A stretch of 64,000 nt of DNA from Vermamoeba vermiformis (GCA_045837725.1 JBEWZL010000102.1:310001-374000), one strand, 5' to 3'; shown: positions 37,172 through 51,019, counted from the stretch's first letter. The notes: generated by a model from the sequence alone, not told the origin. Program-made: numbers and translations.

Positions 37172-38831
37172 ATGGAAAGCAAGATAGTGAATTCAGTTCC
37201 AGTTACATCCGTGATTGGCGACGTAGAATTTGTTCATGTAATTACTACAAATCAAACTATATCATCATATGTCGAGATAGCATTAAAGAAATACACGAAC
37301 CTGGTCGGCGGAACTGCTGAAGGTAAATAAAATATTGCAACTATTTTGGGGTGCGTTAGATATTTACAATAATTCGTATAAACATGAATACTGTATTAAT
37401 TAGGCACAATAGGCCCATTTCTGAGTATTCATTAATTTTCTGCTTTTTCAGAACTCGATCCAAGCTCGCTCGTCGTTCAGCTCGAAGATGGCAGATATAT
37501 TGACAATGAATTCGATATCAAGTACACTATTGATGCATTGGCTGGAAAACCCTTCAAATTACACTTGGTCCAAAAGCCTAAACCTGTCAAAACCTTAACG
37601 AGGAAGATCCAGCTTTCAAGTACGTTATTTCTCCAGCATATTAATGGTCAGATAATTAACCTTTATGTAGGTAATTTATCAAAGTATTCACCCGAAGAAG
37701 TTGAAGTGCGCATTCAACTTGCTGCCGCGTACAGATTATTTGCTAAATTTGGATGGTACGCGTAAATTTAATATTCAAATAGCATTAATGCTTATATTAT
37801 TATTTTTGTTATTATAGGACCGATACTGTTTACAATCATTTGACGGCAGCTGTTCCTGGCCACCACGGCAGATTTCTGATCAACCCTTTTGGTTTGCTAT
37901 TCGAAGAAATTACAGCCAGTTCATTGATCACCATTGATTTTGACGGCAATATTCTCGATCAAGGCACTACCAATTATGAAATTAATAAGCCTGGTCTGGT
38001 GCTTCATTCAGCTGTACACGCGGTACGTATTAAATTTTTAGTATTATTAGCTATTATTTGGTAATATTAGTACTCGTCGCTTATTTATGATTACTATATT
38101 AGGCAAGACCAGACATTAAAGTCGTCATGCACAACCATCAAGTCGCAGGTGTGGCTGTATCGGCGTACAAATTCGGATTGTTGCCGCTCACTCAGAACGC
38201 ACTCTTAATCATTGGTACGTCATATATATTCATATATATACTAGTTTATTATTATTTACGCCAGTTGCTATTAGATCAAGTTCGTTACCACGCATTTGAA
38301 GGCATTGTCATTAACGAGGCTGAAAAGAAAAGAATTGTTGAGGACTTGGGACCAACTAAGAAGGTACTATTGTTGTTATATATGTATAATAAGAACCATA
38401 GTATTAATTACATCAATAGATTCTGATTTGTAAGAACCACGGACCAGTCACGTGTGGCAGCAATGTAGCCGAGGCCTTCACTTACATGTACGTATTTTAT
38501 ATCATATTAATAGGCAGTATTATGCATATAGTAGCGAGAACAACTATATTAATTCATATATTCGCTTCAGGTACCAACTGATTAAGGCTTGCGAGATGCA
38601 GGTACGCAACAACTTTTTGTTGCTTTTCTTTTACTTAGTCTAACGATTTAATTGTTATAATAGATTGCAATATTAAGCCAAGGACCACAGGATTCTGTTA
38701 CTCTATCAAAGGAGATCGTTGAAGAGACCACAAGAACTCACATCAGCTTGCAGACCAAAGGAATTGGTACACGAGAGTTTACCGCGTTAGTTAGACAATT
38801 GGATAGCGAAGATCAGTCATATAAACTATAA
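37172..38831 (+). CDS. Class II aldolase/adducin-family protein with an extra N-terminal domain
   Basis: RIQLAAAYRLFAKFGWTDTVYNHLTA, FLINPFGLLFEEITASSL, LHSAVH, VMHNH, KNHG (metal-binding His motifs); about 10 exons. Confidence 0.9.
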
Positions 38832-39100
38832 GCCAAGGAGAACGGGCCTTACCTTCGGAGATGCGAAATAATTCCGCGCTTCCGCATCAGTTACCGTTAC
38901 AAAAAGTTCTGAGATTAGACCATAGCGTAGCCTCGTGTATAATAAACTCAATAATATATTTTTCAACCGATGATGCCGCTTAGGACTTTGTTTGACTAAA
39001 TAATACGAAAATAAAATTCTCGAGTTGCGTACACGTCATAAGATTTTTCAAAAGAACAAGTAGAATGCTACTGCGGAAGGATTTATTGTTGTGTATGTAA

Positions 39101-41961
39101 ATGTCAGCAAGAACAAAGAAGCCTGCGCTCAAAGTAACGAGTCCCAGGTCTCCACCACGATCCCCGCGATCTCCATCGCTCAATCGGGCCATCCACAATG
39201 GAAAAACGGGAGAAGTGCAGCAATTAATTGAAAATAATGTAGAAGAAATTACACAGACAGATGCTCTGGGCTGGTCGCCTTTACACCATGCCGCATTTGT
39301 TGGTGCTAAAAAAGTAAGATCCGTCTTTGCTTAAATTAGATCATATATATGAAATACCGATAATGTGATTTATTATATGCAATAATTTACAAATTGAACG
39401 ATTAATCTTGCTGGGATACCAAATATAATTTCAAGTTTAATTCTTGGTTACTTCCCGCCTGCCATTAGAAAATTCTTTTATAATTTCATCGCGCACCATA
39501 ATAATAACGATAAGTAAATCAGCTATTATTCAATTAATTTCGCAATAATATTTAATTCTTTCGTTTTTAGAGCGTGGAACTGCTGATCCGCAACGGTGCG
39601 GATGTAAATGCTCAGAACAGAGAAGGAATGACGCCATTGCATTTAGCTATTGCTACTTCGAGGACAAAGGTACGTTAAAGTCAAATACATCGTTATTCTA
39701 CAACCCCAACGAATATTCGTCGACTTTTGTAGACTCACAATAGAATAATTGATAACTTTACTATGGACGTGATTGATTAATTAACGCATTTAACAAATAG
39801 GTCGCTTCTTTATTGGTAAAGAATGGCGCAGATCTCGAAATTAAAGATTGCTACGGCCGAAGTCCCTCAGATATTACCGAGCAAGATCAAATGCAGCATA
39901 TAATACAAGGTACCTAGTACAATATTAGCATATATGAACTTAATTACTAATCAGATTATACCGCATTACAGATAGCAAGAAAAGTCCGTTATTGATCGTA
40001 TCTCCTAGAACAAAATCTGCGCGAAAGGTAAATATGCCACGATAGATTATTGATATAATATACTAATACTGCACGTGCTCGAGATATAGTATAATAATTA
40101 TACGTCGTTAATCGTTACTGAATATACTTTTTGTTCAGCGTTTATCGTTCACTTCGCCGTCAGTCCCAAGGCCACAAATTCGTTCAGTGACTGATTCAGC
40201 TGCAGCAGAGACTTCGAGTGACGAGAAGAGTGATTCGCAGGAAGAAAAGAAAGCGGAGAATTGGAGGCAACGGACTTGGAGGACTGCAAAGCGCGTGGCC
40301 AAGTGGCAGATTTTGCGCTATATTGTACAGATTCTACTTTGTTTATTATTGGTACGTACAATTATAGTTATAGTAATAGGCACCTTTAGTGCATCCCACC
40401 ATATTTGGAAATGGTACTGACATGCAGCTTTGTAGGAATTATTCGTGGATCACCTGAAGCGAGTACTTCAAATTTTTGTATTATTAAGACCCCTCGAAGC
40501 ATTGTATATAATTATCAACCCTATCATCGTACTACTCGAGCCACTGCGACTACTACTGTGGCCAATGGTGCAGCCATTAGTGACACCTGTCATCACGTTG
40601 TTGTCGCCATTCCTATCAGTCCTATTCAACTTCCTGTCTATATTCACGCCACTATTCTCGTTCTTATTCCAAGTAAGTCACTCACAGCATTGAATTTCTT
40701 CGTGAACTCATCGCTAATTGAATTGAAATTTCAGACTTTAATCTTCTTGGCAACGCGTACACGAGCGGTGTTCAGTCCGTTATTCTCAGTCTTGTACAAA
40801 TTATTGTTGGATCCGCTATACAAGCTGCTTACAATGTTCGCGTCAGTGCTGTGGATGATCCTTTCACCCATTTTGAGCATCATCTTCAAGTAAGTGCCGA
40901 CAAACACTATGACTACCAAAATGGTGTACTAACTATATGTATTATTAGACTACTCGAGCCATTCTGGGAAGTATTGAAACAAATTGGATTGAAGATCTTT
41001 GGACTGTTGTACGGTCACATGAAAACCATTATGCAGAAGGCATGGCAAGCCTTGCAGCCGATGATGAACATCAGTGGCTTTTTGTCTCGTGTCTTCAACG
41101 TGCTAATTGCTGGTCTTCGCGTAAGTCCCCTCGTTCATAATTAACTTGTCCTAGCCTAACGACTCAATTCCTTCAGGCGATTTTGCATTGGGTGTTGCCG
41201 GACTCGATCTTGGACAAAATTCAATACATTAGCACTCGTATCTTCGTAAGTACTCGTACAACATATTAATGCAGTATTATTAGACTTACTTTATGATTTT
41301 CTTATAGCAAGTCGATAATGACAATGAAAACAAGTCCAAAGACAAGAACACCGAAGAAGCAGCATTGGTCGTCATATTCATGTTCGTCCTGGTAGTCTAT
41401 GGATCAATCTTCGTGTCTGGATACATCTTCAAGGTCCTCTTCCGTGTCTTCACTGCGGATATCTTTGCTGCTTCAATCTTCTCTGTTTACGGCGAGCGGT
41501 AAGTCACGTGTCACTCGCGATCTCAAAACTTGACTTTTATGCTGAAAAATGATTAGCTAATTGCTTGTTTCGATAGAATGTTCGGTGTTTTGGAGACTAT
41601 TAGAATATTATACAAGAAGGAGCCTGAAGAGATAGATTTTATGAGCTGGGGTTGGTTCTTCAAACCAGATCTGATCCACCACGCACTCGGCATAGCTATC
41701 ACGACGGTGTTCCTCGTCATGATGCTGCTAGTCAAGTTTATTAGATTTATCTTTGTCGCATTGAAATGGACCGGCAAGAAGATGATCGGCGCGTGTCGTA
41801 GATGTCGCAATCGAAATAAGTCGAATATTTCAGCGCCCAATAATAATAACGATAGCAATAATATACCTAACACTAAAATCAGCGGTATAGTTAATATCAA
41901 TACTAATCCAGTCGCAGCGATTAAGACCGGAGTTTCGCCTGTAAAAGCTCGCCTAAGATAA
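39101..41961 (+). CDS. Ankyrin-repeat protein with long amphipathic/transmembrane C-terminal half, about 11 exons
   Basis: GWSPLHHAAFVG, NGADVNAQNREGMTPLHLA, NGADLEIKDCYGRSP; exons splice in frame into hydrophobic Pro-punctuated helices. Confidence 0.8.
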
Positions 41962-42812
41962 TTTGGTCGCACGAAAAAAGATTCTGCGACGAATTTATCG
42001 AATTATTTATTGACTTGTAAATATGCTTAATAAAATCATGTTTAATACTCAAAGTAAATAGAGCTCAATTTACTTGTTTAGTATTTGTCGAATAAATATG
42101 AAAAACGGTTTGGCCGTTGGAAGAACACAGAACACATTTTGATATTGGTGAACAATATTGAATCTTTATCTATGCCAAATGGTATCGACTAGTCAAATAG
42201 TATTTGTGGTTTGTTTTACGAGTACAGTAAAACGGATTTGGAAGCGAATCATTTTCTTGTGCACCGTTTAGCGGTAAAGTATTTCTATTTAGGTCATTAT
42301 TGTTTCGGTGCATGTCAAATTAGTATTTAGTGTTGTCATCATTCTCAGCGATGTTCATAATTGAGATCGGCTCATAACCGGTTGTAGGTTTGTTGTTTTA
42401 ACAAATTTATTGGGCGGTATAATACATTATTGGAGAACAGTAACAATAGGGCTTATTAAATAGGGTTATTATCATAAACTATCATTTTCAACTTCAATTT
42501 ACATCCACGCGCCGAAACTATTAACCAACACAGTGCTATAATGTGACATACAGTCCATGATGACCACCAATAATAGCATTATGTCATTAATAAAGTTCTT
42601 CGAGCAGGTGTAACATCAAAGATTCTTTTTTAGGACGAGCGGTCCAGATCTGAAAAATAGAAAGAAGATTACTACTTGTCATTCAAATATGACGTTGATA
42701 TTTTTTGTAAGTATGAGCCAACATTAACCGAATATATTGCAGTTAATAGAATTGGGTGGCTTGGTAATTGTTAATAACGGTACTCGTACGGGACGAGAGA
42801 TAATTACCTTGG

Positions 42813-43685
42813 TTAATTGGTTTGGGCTGCAGTATCGCTGGGCGGGGGAACGGTGTCTTTGTCGGTGGGTCTGAAAGTGAATGAGCTGAACGAATCCTCT
42901 TTCGACAGGTCTAGATTTTCAACAGATGTGATAAGCAGTGGGTCTGGCGGTGAAGAAACTGTCGCGGAATTATAAGAATCGACTACTGCAGATCCTTTGC
43001 CTCGTTGAATATCAGCTGGTGGTGTTTCTGCTGACGCCGCGTTCGCATCATCCAAACTGTCAGTCCGCGACTTGGAACCCTCGGGGCTCGCTCCGTTAGT
43101 ATTATTAATACTGCCAGAACTAGTTTTGTGAACGGCACTGTCCGGTTTGCTCGTATTGTCTTGAGGGCTTGCAACGGTCGTGTCAGATTGCGGTGGATTT
43201 GCTAAATTGTTATTGCTAGAGCTTTGTTGTAAATCTTTATCTTTCTTTTTATCCTTCTTTTTACTTTTCTCTTCTTCTTCTTTAGATTCTTCGCTACTGC
43301 TGCTTTCATCTGGTGCATTCGGGTCTTTGGGTTTCTTGGTTGAGGGTTTTGTATTTTCGTCCCCTACGGGCAATTTGGTTTGGTCTACAAAATATTCTAA
43401 CCATTTGGCACGTTCACCTTCGCTAAATGCTTGCAAATAATAGATTCGTCCTGGGACACAGACGGCAAAACCGAATGCGCCATCGTTTGTCTTGTGCAGT
43501 GAAAATATTTTTGATAATTCAATAAATCCTAGTGGCTTAGGGTCTCCACGTGATCGATAATAATAAAGCTTGTCAGGATCTGCTTCCAAAACGAAAAATC
43601 TGTTTTTCCATCCCTTGACTATGCCTTTATCTCCACGTTTCTTGAGCCAACCTTCTTGTTTATTTGTCTTTTTAGGGTCTGACAT
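42813..43685 (-). CDS. PH-domain protein with low-complexity tail; 3' end may extend further
   Basis: KQEGWLKKRGDKGIVKGWKNRFFVL...LYYY...PLGFIEL...RIYYLQAFSEGERAKWL is a canonical PH signature. Confidence 0.85.
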   Translation of the reverse strand: MSDPKKTNKQEGWLKKRGDKGIVKGWKNRFFVLEADPDKLYYYRSRGDPKPLGFIELSKIFSLHKTNDGAFGFAVCVPGRIYYLQAFSEGERAKWLEYFVDQTKLPVGDENTKPSTKKPKDPNAPDESSSSEESKEEEEKSKKKDKKKDKDLQQSSSNNNLANPPQSDTTVASPQDNTSKPDSAVHKTSSGSINNTNGASPEGSKSRTDSLDDANAASAETPPADIQRGKGSAVVDSYNSATVSSPPDPLLITSVENLDLSKEDSFSSFTFRPTDKDTVPPPSDTAAQTN

Positions 43686-44490
43686 TATTGGGCTGGTTAT
43701 TCTTTCAGTTGCTGATTATAATATTCTGCAATAAATAACTCTGCTTGGGGCACCTGAATTCCAGATTCGATTCCAGTTGTGTATTTATCTACGAAACAAG
43801 TCAAAGCAACTTGAATATGAGCAAGTAATAAATATATTCGTAGCTGGAATCAAGTTGCGGAAGGGGAATAAAAAGCCAACAAAAGTGAAGCACGATTTTA
43901 TTGGACATGTCACAAAAAGTGTCAAAACGTCAGCCGCTGTTCCGCGTTGTTTACCGTGCAAAATATCTTTGGCGTATTGCAATATACCAGACGTCATTAC
44001 TTTGATAGGTCTGGAGTGGAATCGAAGTCGCAACTTACAACGGTAACACGATCCACATCCGTGCCCGCTGTATTGACTCACGCGCACAAAGGAGCAATTA
44101 ATTAATTACGTCATTATATATTTGGTAGAAAATCTTTCGTGATACGGTAACAATATCCTGAACAGGCTATGAGCACTTTTGAAAACGGATTTGTTGTTAA
44201 CAACTGCACCAAGTTAGTTCACGCTTCGTGATATGAATTTTAACACGGAAGGCACGTCATACAAATATGTTAACTGATTTATTGTCGGTATTAGAGTTAA
44301 TTTACACGAAGACGTTTCCTTGATCTGCCGATCGATCAGTTCGACAACCTGTCTTTCAATCACAATAAGAGTTAACTACAATTATAGATAAAATATTGGT
44401 TGGCCTTTAGCTTATCGCCATACAATAATTTCGGGCCGGTTTTGTGCATCAGCTAAAAATTTTTCTGCATTTTCACTGCCGATTCAAAAG

Positions 44491-45697
44491 ATGAGCACTA
44501 TTGACGTTAACTCATTAAAAGTAGCCGATTTGAAGAAAGAGCTTCAAACTCGTGGTCTTCCCACGAGCGGTGTCAAAGCAGATTTGCAACAGAGATTGAC
44601 TGAGGCTCTCGAAAAAGAAAAGGCCAGCAGTGCTTCCAACGGCGCTAAGAAGGATGATATTGACGAGTTTGATGACGATATAGTTGTAGAAACAGATGCA
44701 CCGAAGAAAGAGACCACCACAACCACAACTGCAGCTGAATCTGCATCAGCCGATAAATCAAAAATCAACCCTGCTTTACAGCGCCTTGGCGTTCCCGTCA
44801 AAAGCGGTGATGACTCAGAGTCACCTGATGCTAAGCGACGAAAGGTCGAAGGTGCTTCAGGCGCATCTGTTGGTAAGACGAAGTATTTATTTAGCTAAAA
44901 AATCAATGTAAATTTTTGTTATTAAGATTTTACGCGTATTTTATTATATGGAATTATTTTACGTATTTTACAGCATTTTATCGTATTTTTGAATAATATC
45001 TAACGATGTTTATTTTACAGAAACTACTAAAGCTGTAGACGACCCCGACAGAATCAGAAAACGAGCTGAAAAATTCGGCGTTGCTCCAAAGATCGATTTG
45101 GTAAGTATAGGAGTGCTAAATTAGCTGATCGAGCGTCCACTCTCTGATCCACGATCCTTTTATTGCCTTCCAATTCATATTCTAATCCTTTTATATTAAT
45201 AGTTTAACGAACACTCTAAGAAACAACGTGCTCAACGTTTTGGATTGCCAATTAACGAAGGTAAGGCTCGAAAAATTGACTTTGTTACAAGTGCACTTTT
45301 CAGTACTGGATCCAGATTGATATGAAGCTCTATTGTGTCATATTTACTAATCGTATTATAGGCGGCAAGAGCGACGATAAGAAAGCTATTAAAGTTGTAC
45401 CTGAACAAGAGAGTGCGAAGATGAAGCAACGCGCTGAGCGATTTAACATCACTAATCCTCTTGACCCTGAGAAGCTTAAACAGTACGTGATCATTCTATC
45501 TATAATATATATGGACTATAATAGGCTATAAGTGTACATAACATACTAGGCAATATTATTATCACCCTTCTCGATATGCAATAAGTTTTTTGGATCCGCC
45601 TTGCTTGCGGAGTTTGTCAAACTCGTCATATAATCGGATTAAATTACTTATTACTGTTTTATTTAGACGCCAAGAACGATTCCAAGCTAAGAAATAA
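44491..45697 (+). CDS. SARNP: SAP-domain ribonucleoprotein (SARNP/CIP29/Tho1)
   Basis: SAP motif LKVADLKKELQTRGLPTSGVKADLQQRL plus repeated R-x-x-R-F-G-like motifs (KRAEKFG, QRAQRFG, QRAERFN, QRQERFQ). Confidence 0.85.
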
Positions 45698-45920
45698 ACT
45701 GCTGATCTTTGCGGTTCGAAGATCGTGCTGTCCGCCGATCGAAAAGCATTGTAAGAAATAAACATGTTGTCATCAATCCAAACAATTAGCTGCGTTTGAT
45801 GGAGGTGCAATAATAAGTCCTTTCCGCTGGCTTTTTTGTGAGGTTTGGATTCGCAGAATTTTTTGCCGCCCAAAACAGAAAGGTGCTAGTAATCGCTTTT
45901 AACACCAAAATAATTATAAA

Positions 45921-48900
45921 ATGACCACAAGGGCACATATTAATCCTTACGAATTGGACACGGAGGTTGATCTCGGCGTTGACACACAAGCGGATACCGC
46001 TTTACCGGACGAGGTAATGCAATTTTGAATTCGAATTTTATTGTAAAAATACTTGTAAATAATTATTTGAAATCAATATAGTTATTTTACTGTTAATCAC
46101 CGAATCTTTTCTCAAATGAGGGAATATTCTATTTCGTGTAATATTTGATTAACTTCGAATATAATATTATTTTAATATGTGAAGTGCACTGAGCAGCGTA
46201 TTAATATTTTTAAAATTAATAGATCGGACATTCGTTTCAAGACTCAATGACAGAGAAATCAAGCTTGCCGTTTGTTTTACAGTTTCCACAAAGCCAAGAC
46301 GTGCGCAGGAAAAATAATATTACGAAATCATTGGATAATTCAACGTGCCATTGGACTGGTAATTAAACAATCGCGATCTCACGCGCACGAATAATTATGC
46401 TAATTTTAATAATGTTATAGGCGAAGTTATAAATGAACAAGATCAAGAACGGTTTTACGCTGCATTTAGCAAAAATGGAGAAGAATATACATTAGATGAA
46501 AGTGTATTAGCAACATCACCGAACAAAAAGTTACCAACAATCGGTCAGATCCATTGCTTGTGGGAAGACAAAAAGACAGGAAAACGTATAGTAGAATTAA
46601 AAGTATATTATAGGTTCGTATAGTAGAACATTTGAGCCTTAAGGCATTTTTTAATTAATTTTTTAGACCGGAAGAAACAAAAGAAGGAAGAAAACCATTT
46701 CAAGCGCCAAAAGAATTGCTTGATTCAAATTATTTTGCTCAATTTACGCTCGATCAAGTCACCAAGAAATGTTCAGTAGAAAGTTACGAGAAGTTTCGAC
46801 GAAGGAGAGAATTTCCCGATGACGTTTATTATTTCCAAGATTTTTATGATTGCAGAGAACAGCGGACAATTGAAGAAACACCGACAGATAATTTCAGCTT
46901 TAGAAGAAGAATTGTAAATATAGCACTCAATAGCAGATCACCAGTCAAAGCCAAAGAACAACCGTTGAAGACTAGCTCAAAAGCACCAGTCAATATCACT
47001 ACCAAGACTAATAACACAACTAAAACTCCTGTCAATATAGAGAAGGCGCCAAAGAGAAACTCTCAGGAAAGTACGCAAAAGCAGAATAGTAAAGGCTCGG
47101 AGCCCGAGATCGACGAAGATGCCACCATAAAACTTACAATGCCCCCTATTGAAGACGATGATTTTGACTTTGGAGTGATCGAAGAGCTAGCTGGCATCAC
47201 AAACAACAACAGCATTGCCAAGCACTCGACGAACATCCAAGAGGCATCGACATTAATTACCACACAACGAGACGTTGAGAGGAAGAAGTCACCATCGTTA
47301 AGCGACGATGAAACAACGAGCGGTGGGTCAGACAAACGATCTAAAGTCAGCCCTAAGAAGACATCAAAGGCCAGCGAGTCCTCTTCGAGCAACAGTAAGA
47401 CAACTTTAAGCGTGCAGCCTACGCCGACACGTGCCTCGAAATCTGCAAAGAAAGGCAACAGTTCACCTGTAGTGTCATCGTCGCTGATGACGGATGACAG
47501 CGAAGATATGATTATGAAAGAGCTGGAGATTGAAGAAGAAGAGGTCACGCAGGCCAAGTCTCGCAGCCGTATCACACGACAAGCTTCGACTGTGGACCAA
47601 TCTGTAAATAGTAATAGTAAGAGCAAGCCAACTAAAGCTCAAACGCCCAAGAAAAAGCCAGCAAAAGACGAAAGTGACGAAGAGTTTGAAGATCCAGAAG
47701 AGGAGAGGCCGAAGCCAAAGACACGCGGCCGACCAAAGAAACAACCCGCCAAGAAACAAGAGAGCGAAGAGGAGGCTTCTGAACACGAAGAGCCTGTCTC
47801 TGACGAGGAGGAGAGGCCAAAGCCTAAGAAAACAAGGTAAGACTAACGTTGTTGACATCTTTGACGTGTTGACGTTTTGACCTGACTCTATTGCTGTAGA
47901 GCTCAAGCCAAGAAAGCAGAGCCAAAGAAAAAGGCACAACAGAAAGCTGACAGCGTTGAGGCAAGCGACGAAGAAGAAACAGCGATCTTAGAGGCATTGG
48001 AACGCGAGACAGAGCAACTCGATGCAGTTAGAACGAACTCAGCCAAGAAAAAGAAGTTGCGTGCGTACACTGACAACGACGAAGATGAGCAGAGTGACGG
48101 TGATAAGTCAGGCCCGAGCTCTCCTACAAAAATACCACAAACGAGGGCACGAGGAAAGTCCGCAAAGTCTTCTGAGACCCCTCGCAAGAGCACTAAGAGC
48201 GCATTTGAGTTTGAAGGCAGCGAAGAGAAGAGTGATGAGGACGAGTCCCCGAGAAAGAAACGTGCGACTAGACGTTTATCTGTAAATAGCAATGACAGCA
48301 AGGCTCGTGATAAGAAGCGTAAGTCACAACTGAGTAGCATTAAATAGTGAAATTTCACGATTAACGCACATTTTAACAGCTAAAATTGAAGTCGAAGAAG
48401 ACGTCGAGAATGAAGATTCAATCAGCGACAGCGAAGAAAAAAAGAAATGGACCTCGCCACGTAAGAACAAAGGGCCGGCATCGAAGCGTGAAAAAATCAA
48501 AGAGATGTTGCAGAAGTATCCGAAGCTTTCAGAACTCGACAACAACGATCCGTTTGAAGATTACGACAAGGCCAATGATGTCTTTGAGGCAGCTACTGAG
48601 CCCATTGTAGTCGACGTGGAAAAATTCAACGGACGTACGATGAAACAGGCCCTCGATACTGAAGACAACGACTTTGAACTCGACAATTTCTTGAAGGACA
48701 CACCGAGGACGAAGAGACAAAAGCAATTGACACCGTTAGTCTCGAAAAATGATTTTGGTTCTCGACTTAGGCTCTTTGTCAAACAGAATGAAATACTACC
48801 AGAACTGGGATATTGCTGGTACGTCAAAAATTTTATCAAATTTATTTATGTCTTTGAGTACTAATGTGCATGCGTGCAGAAACTAAGGAAGTTATTGATG

Positions 48901-51019
48901 TCGATGATGATTCGCAAGACAACAAGAAGAACAGCAACAACAACAGTATTGGCTCGTACTCGTCAAGGCCTAAAAACAAATCAGCACAGATGAAGTTAGA
49001 CTTTGCCCCGGTCACCGAGAAGACCTCGTCCGCGGCCTCGTTGTCACGTTCAAATCACAGCAATAGCGGCACACCGGTCAGAAAGTCACCGTACTTCTCG
49101 TCCAATCAGCAATCAACACCTCCTTCTTCGAGCAAAGTCAAAGTGAAAACTGAACACGATCCGTTTATCAGCAGCATCTTGTCGAAGTACGATGATGATG
49201 AGGTTGAAGAGAAAGACAAGGAGATTATTGATCTGAGCACGCAACGGCCAGTGTCACAAGTGGTTACTAAGACCAACAAACCAGTTGTGCAAGACGTCGA
49301 CGAAGATGACTTCAAATCACAGCCGAAGAAAAAGGAAGAAATGGAAGATTTCGATGAATTCGATGTTGAGTCCATGTTACGCGAGGTCGAAAAAATGGGC
49401 GGTGAAGATAGCGAGCCAAAAGAAAGTGCGCCAGTTATTGCCATTGACGACAGCTCGTTAGACGGACACAAGAATAACGTGTCTAAAAATAGCTCTCGTA
49501 AGAAAATTGACACGAGTCCTTCATCGGACAACAATTCTGAGAGCAGCACAACGAGAGACAGCAAAAAACGAAAACGTGGATCCGACGAGAGGAAGCAACG
49601 GACACTAGGAACATTAAATATTATAGGTGCACCCGAGCCTAATCTGCTTGCTGAGCCACCAAAGAAAAAACGACGTTTAAGCGAACATATTGATAGGTAA
49701 AGTAGCAGATCCACATCAGATCCAATTTTATTTTTAACTCTTTTACTTGGTTATAGAGTCAAATCTAAGCTTAGATATGGCATGGATGAAGAGGAGGTGT
49801 TTATGGACAAAGAAGAAGACGAAGAAATGGACGATGAGTTGCGTGACTTTATCGTTGATGACAACGCCGAACTGTCGCAGTACGAGAGTCAAGCGCTGCC
49901 GATTGATGATGTGGGCGACGAGGACAGCGCGAGAGACGACGCAGCGAGTCAAAGTTCAGTGAAGGCTTTGGCTGACACACTCGTCAAAGAAGGAGGTGAG
50001 TCGTGTTGGCTGTTATGGTCCACTAATGCGACGACTAACATTTGATTATAGAAACCAAGTTCTTATCGACCACATTCAAGATGAGCGATGCTTTTAAGAT
50101 CTTCATTCAGTACCTGGTCAGTTGCATGTTGGATCCGAACTTTGCCTCTGAAGTTGAGCGCAAACAAGGTACGCAGTCATTGGACTAACAATAGCGTTCT
50201 TTAAGATATGTTTTCTAATTAATTATTATACTTAGATGATTACTTCAGACCAGCAGTGCGCAAGATCCACGACGATCTGTTTTCGAAGAAAGAAGTTATT
50301 ATTCGCAGCAGTGCTTGGAATGCTCAATTCAAGGTATGTTTGCAAATGACACGTGTCAAACTTGTCACTCCACAAAAGTCGCTAACTATCGCTACGTCAG
50401 TCCAACCTGGATCGATTGCCCGTGTTCCGTTCGTACAAAATGTCGCACCCTGAAGGCGAGTGCGATGCCTGCAAGCGATCAATGCACACTGCGAGCTGGC
50501 AGATCGTGCTCGAAGGTGTCTCGTACGATGCAACTGCGTACTGGAAAGATGGGCCCACGAACGTACGTACATTGCTTCAGTGAACGATTGATTCAGTGAA
50601 AACTTACCGTTCATTAATAGACCAATCCTAATCCGAACCGAGAGCCGGAACAATACACTTACAACTTGGGCCGATTTTGTCACAAGAGAACTGAACTGTT
50701 TCACAGACTTCATCACTACAAGATCCGCTTGAACGAACAAATCACCGTAAGTTTAAAGTATTGAGCTATCATTCATATTTAACTGATATTTTCTAGGAAC
50801 GAATGAATCAATTGCCAAGCTCGCTATCAGAAAATGAAGTGATTGACACGATACTAGACGATCAGTTGTGGATTAATAGAGTAAGCCAGTCATAAACATA
50901 AAGCACTATAGATGATTAATTATTAACACTAACATTCGTAGTTATGGAAGCAGTTCCAAGTCCTACGAGAAGACGCGTTGCAATTCGGAGCTAAAGGCAG
51001 CGAAGATGGACACGACTAA
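45921..51019 (+). CDS. BAH-domain + disordered linker + DUF4211 (CCDC82/QSER1-like) C-terminal domain protein
   Basis: BAH-like: FYAAFSKNGEEYTLDESV...IGQIHCLWED...LYRPEETKEGRK...KELLDSNY...KKCSV. C-terminus: AFKIFIQYLVSCMLDPNF, SSAWNAQFK, CDACKRS, LGRFCHKRTELFHRLHHYK. Confidence 0.8.

Noticed and set aside
42500-42650. In-frame TGA followed by CYTC downstream of the PH gene as possible selenocysteine or readthrough exon
   Set aside because: No consistent splice phase, no SECIS-like structure recognised, and no family similarity.
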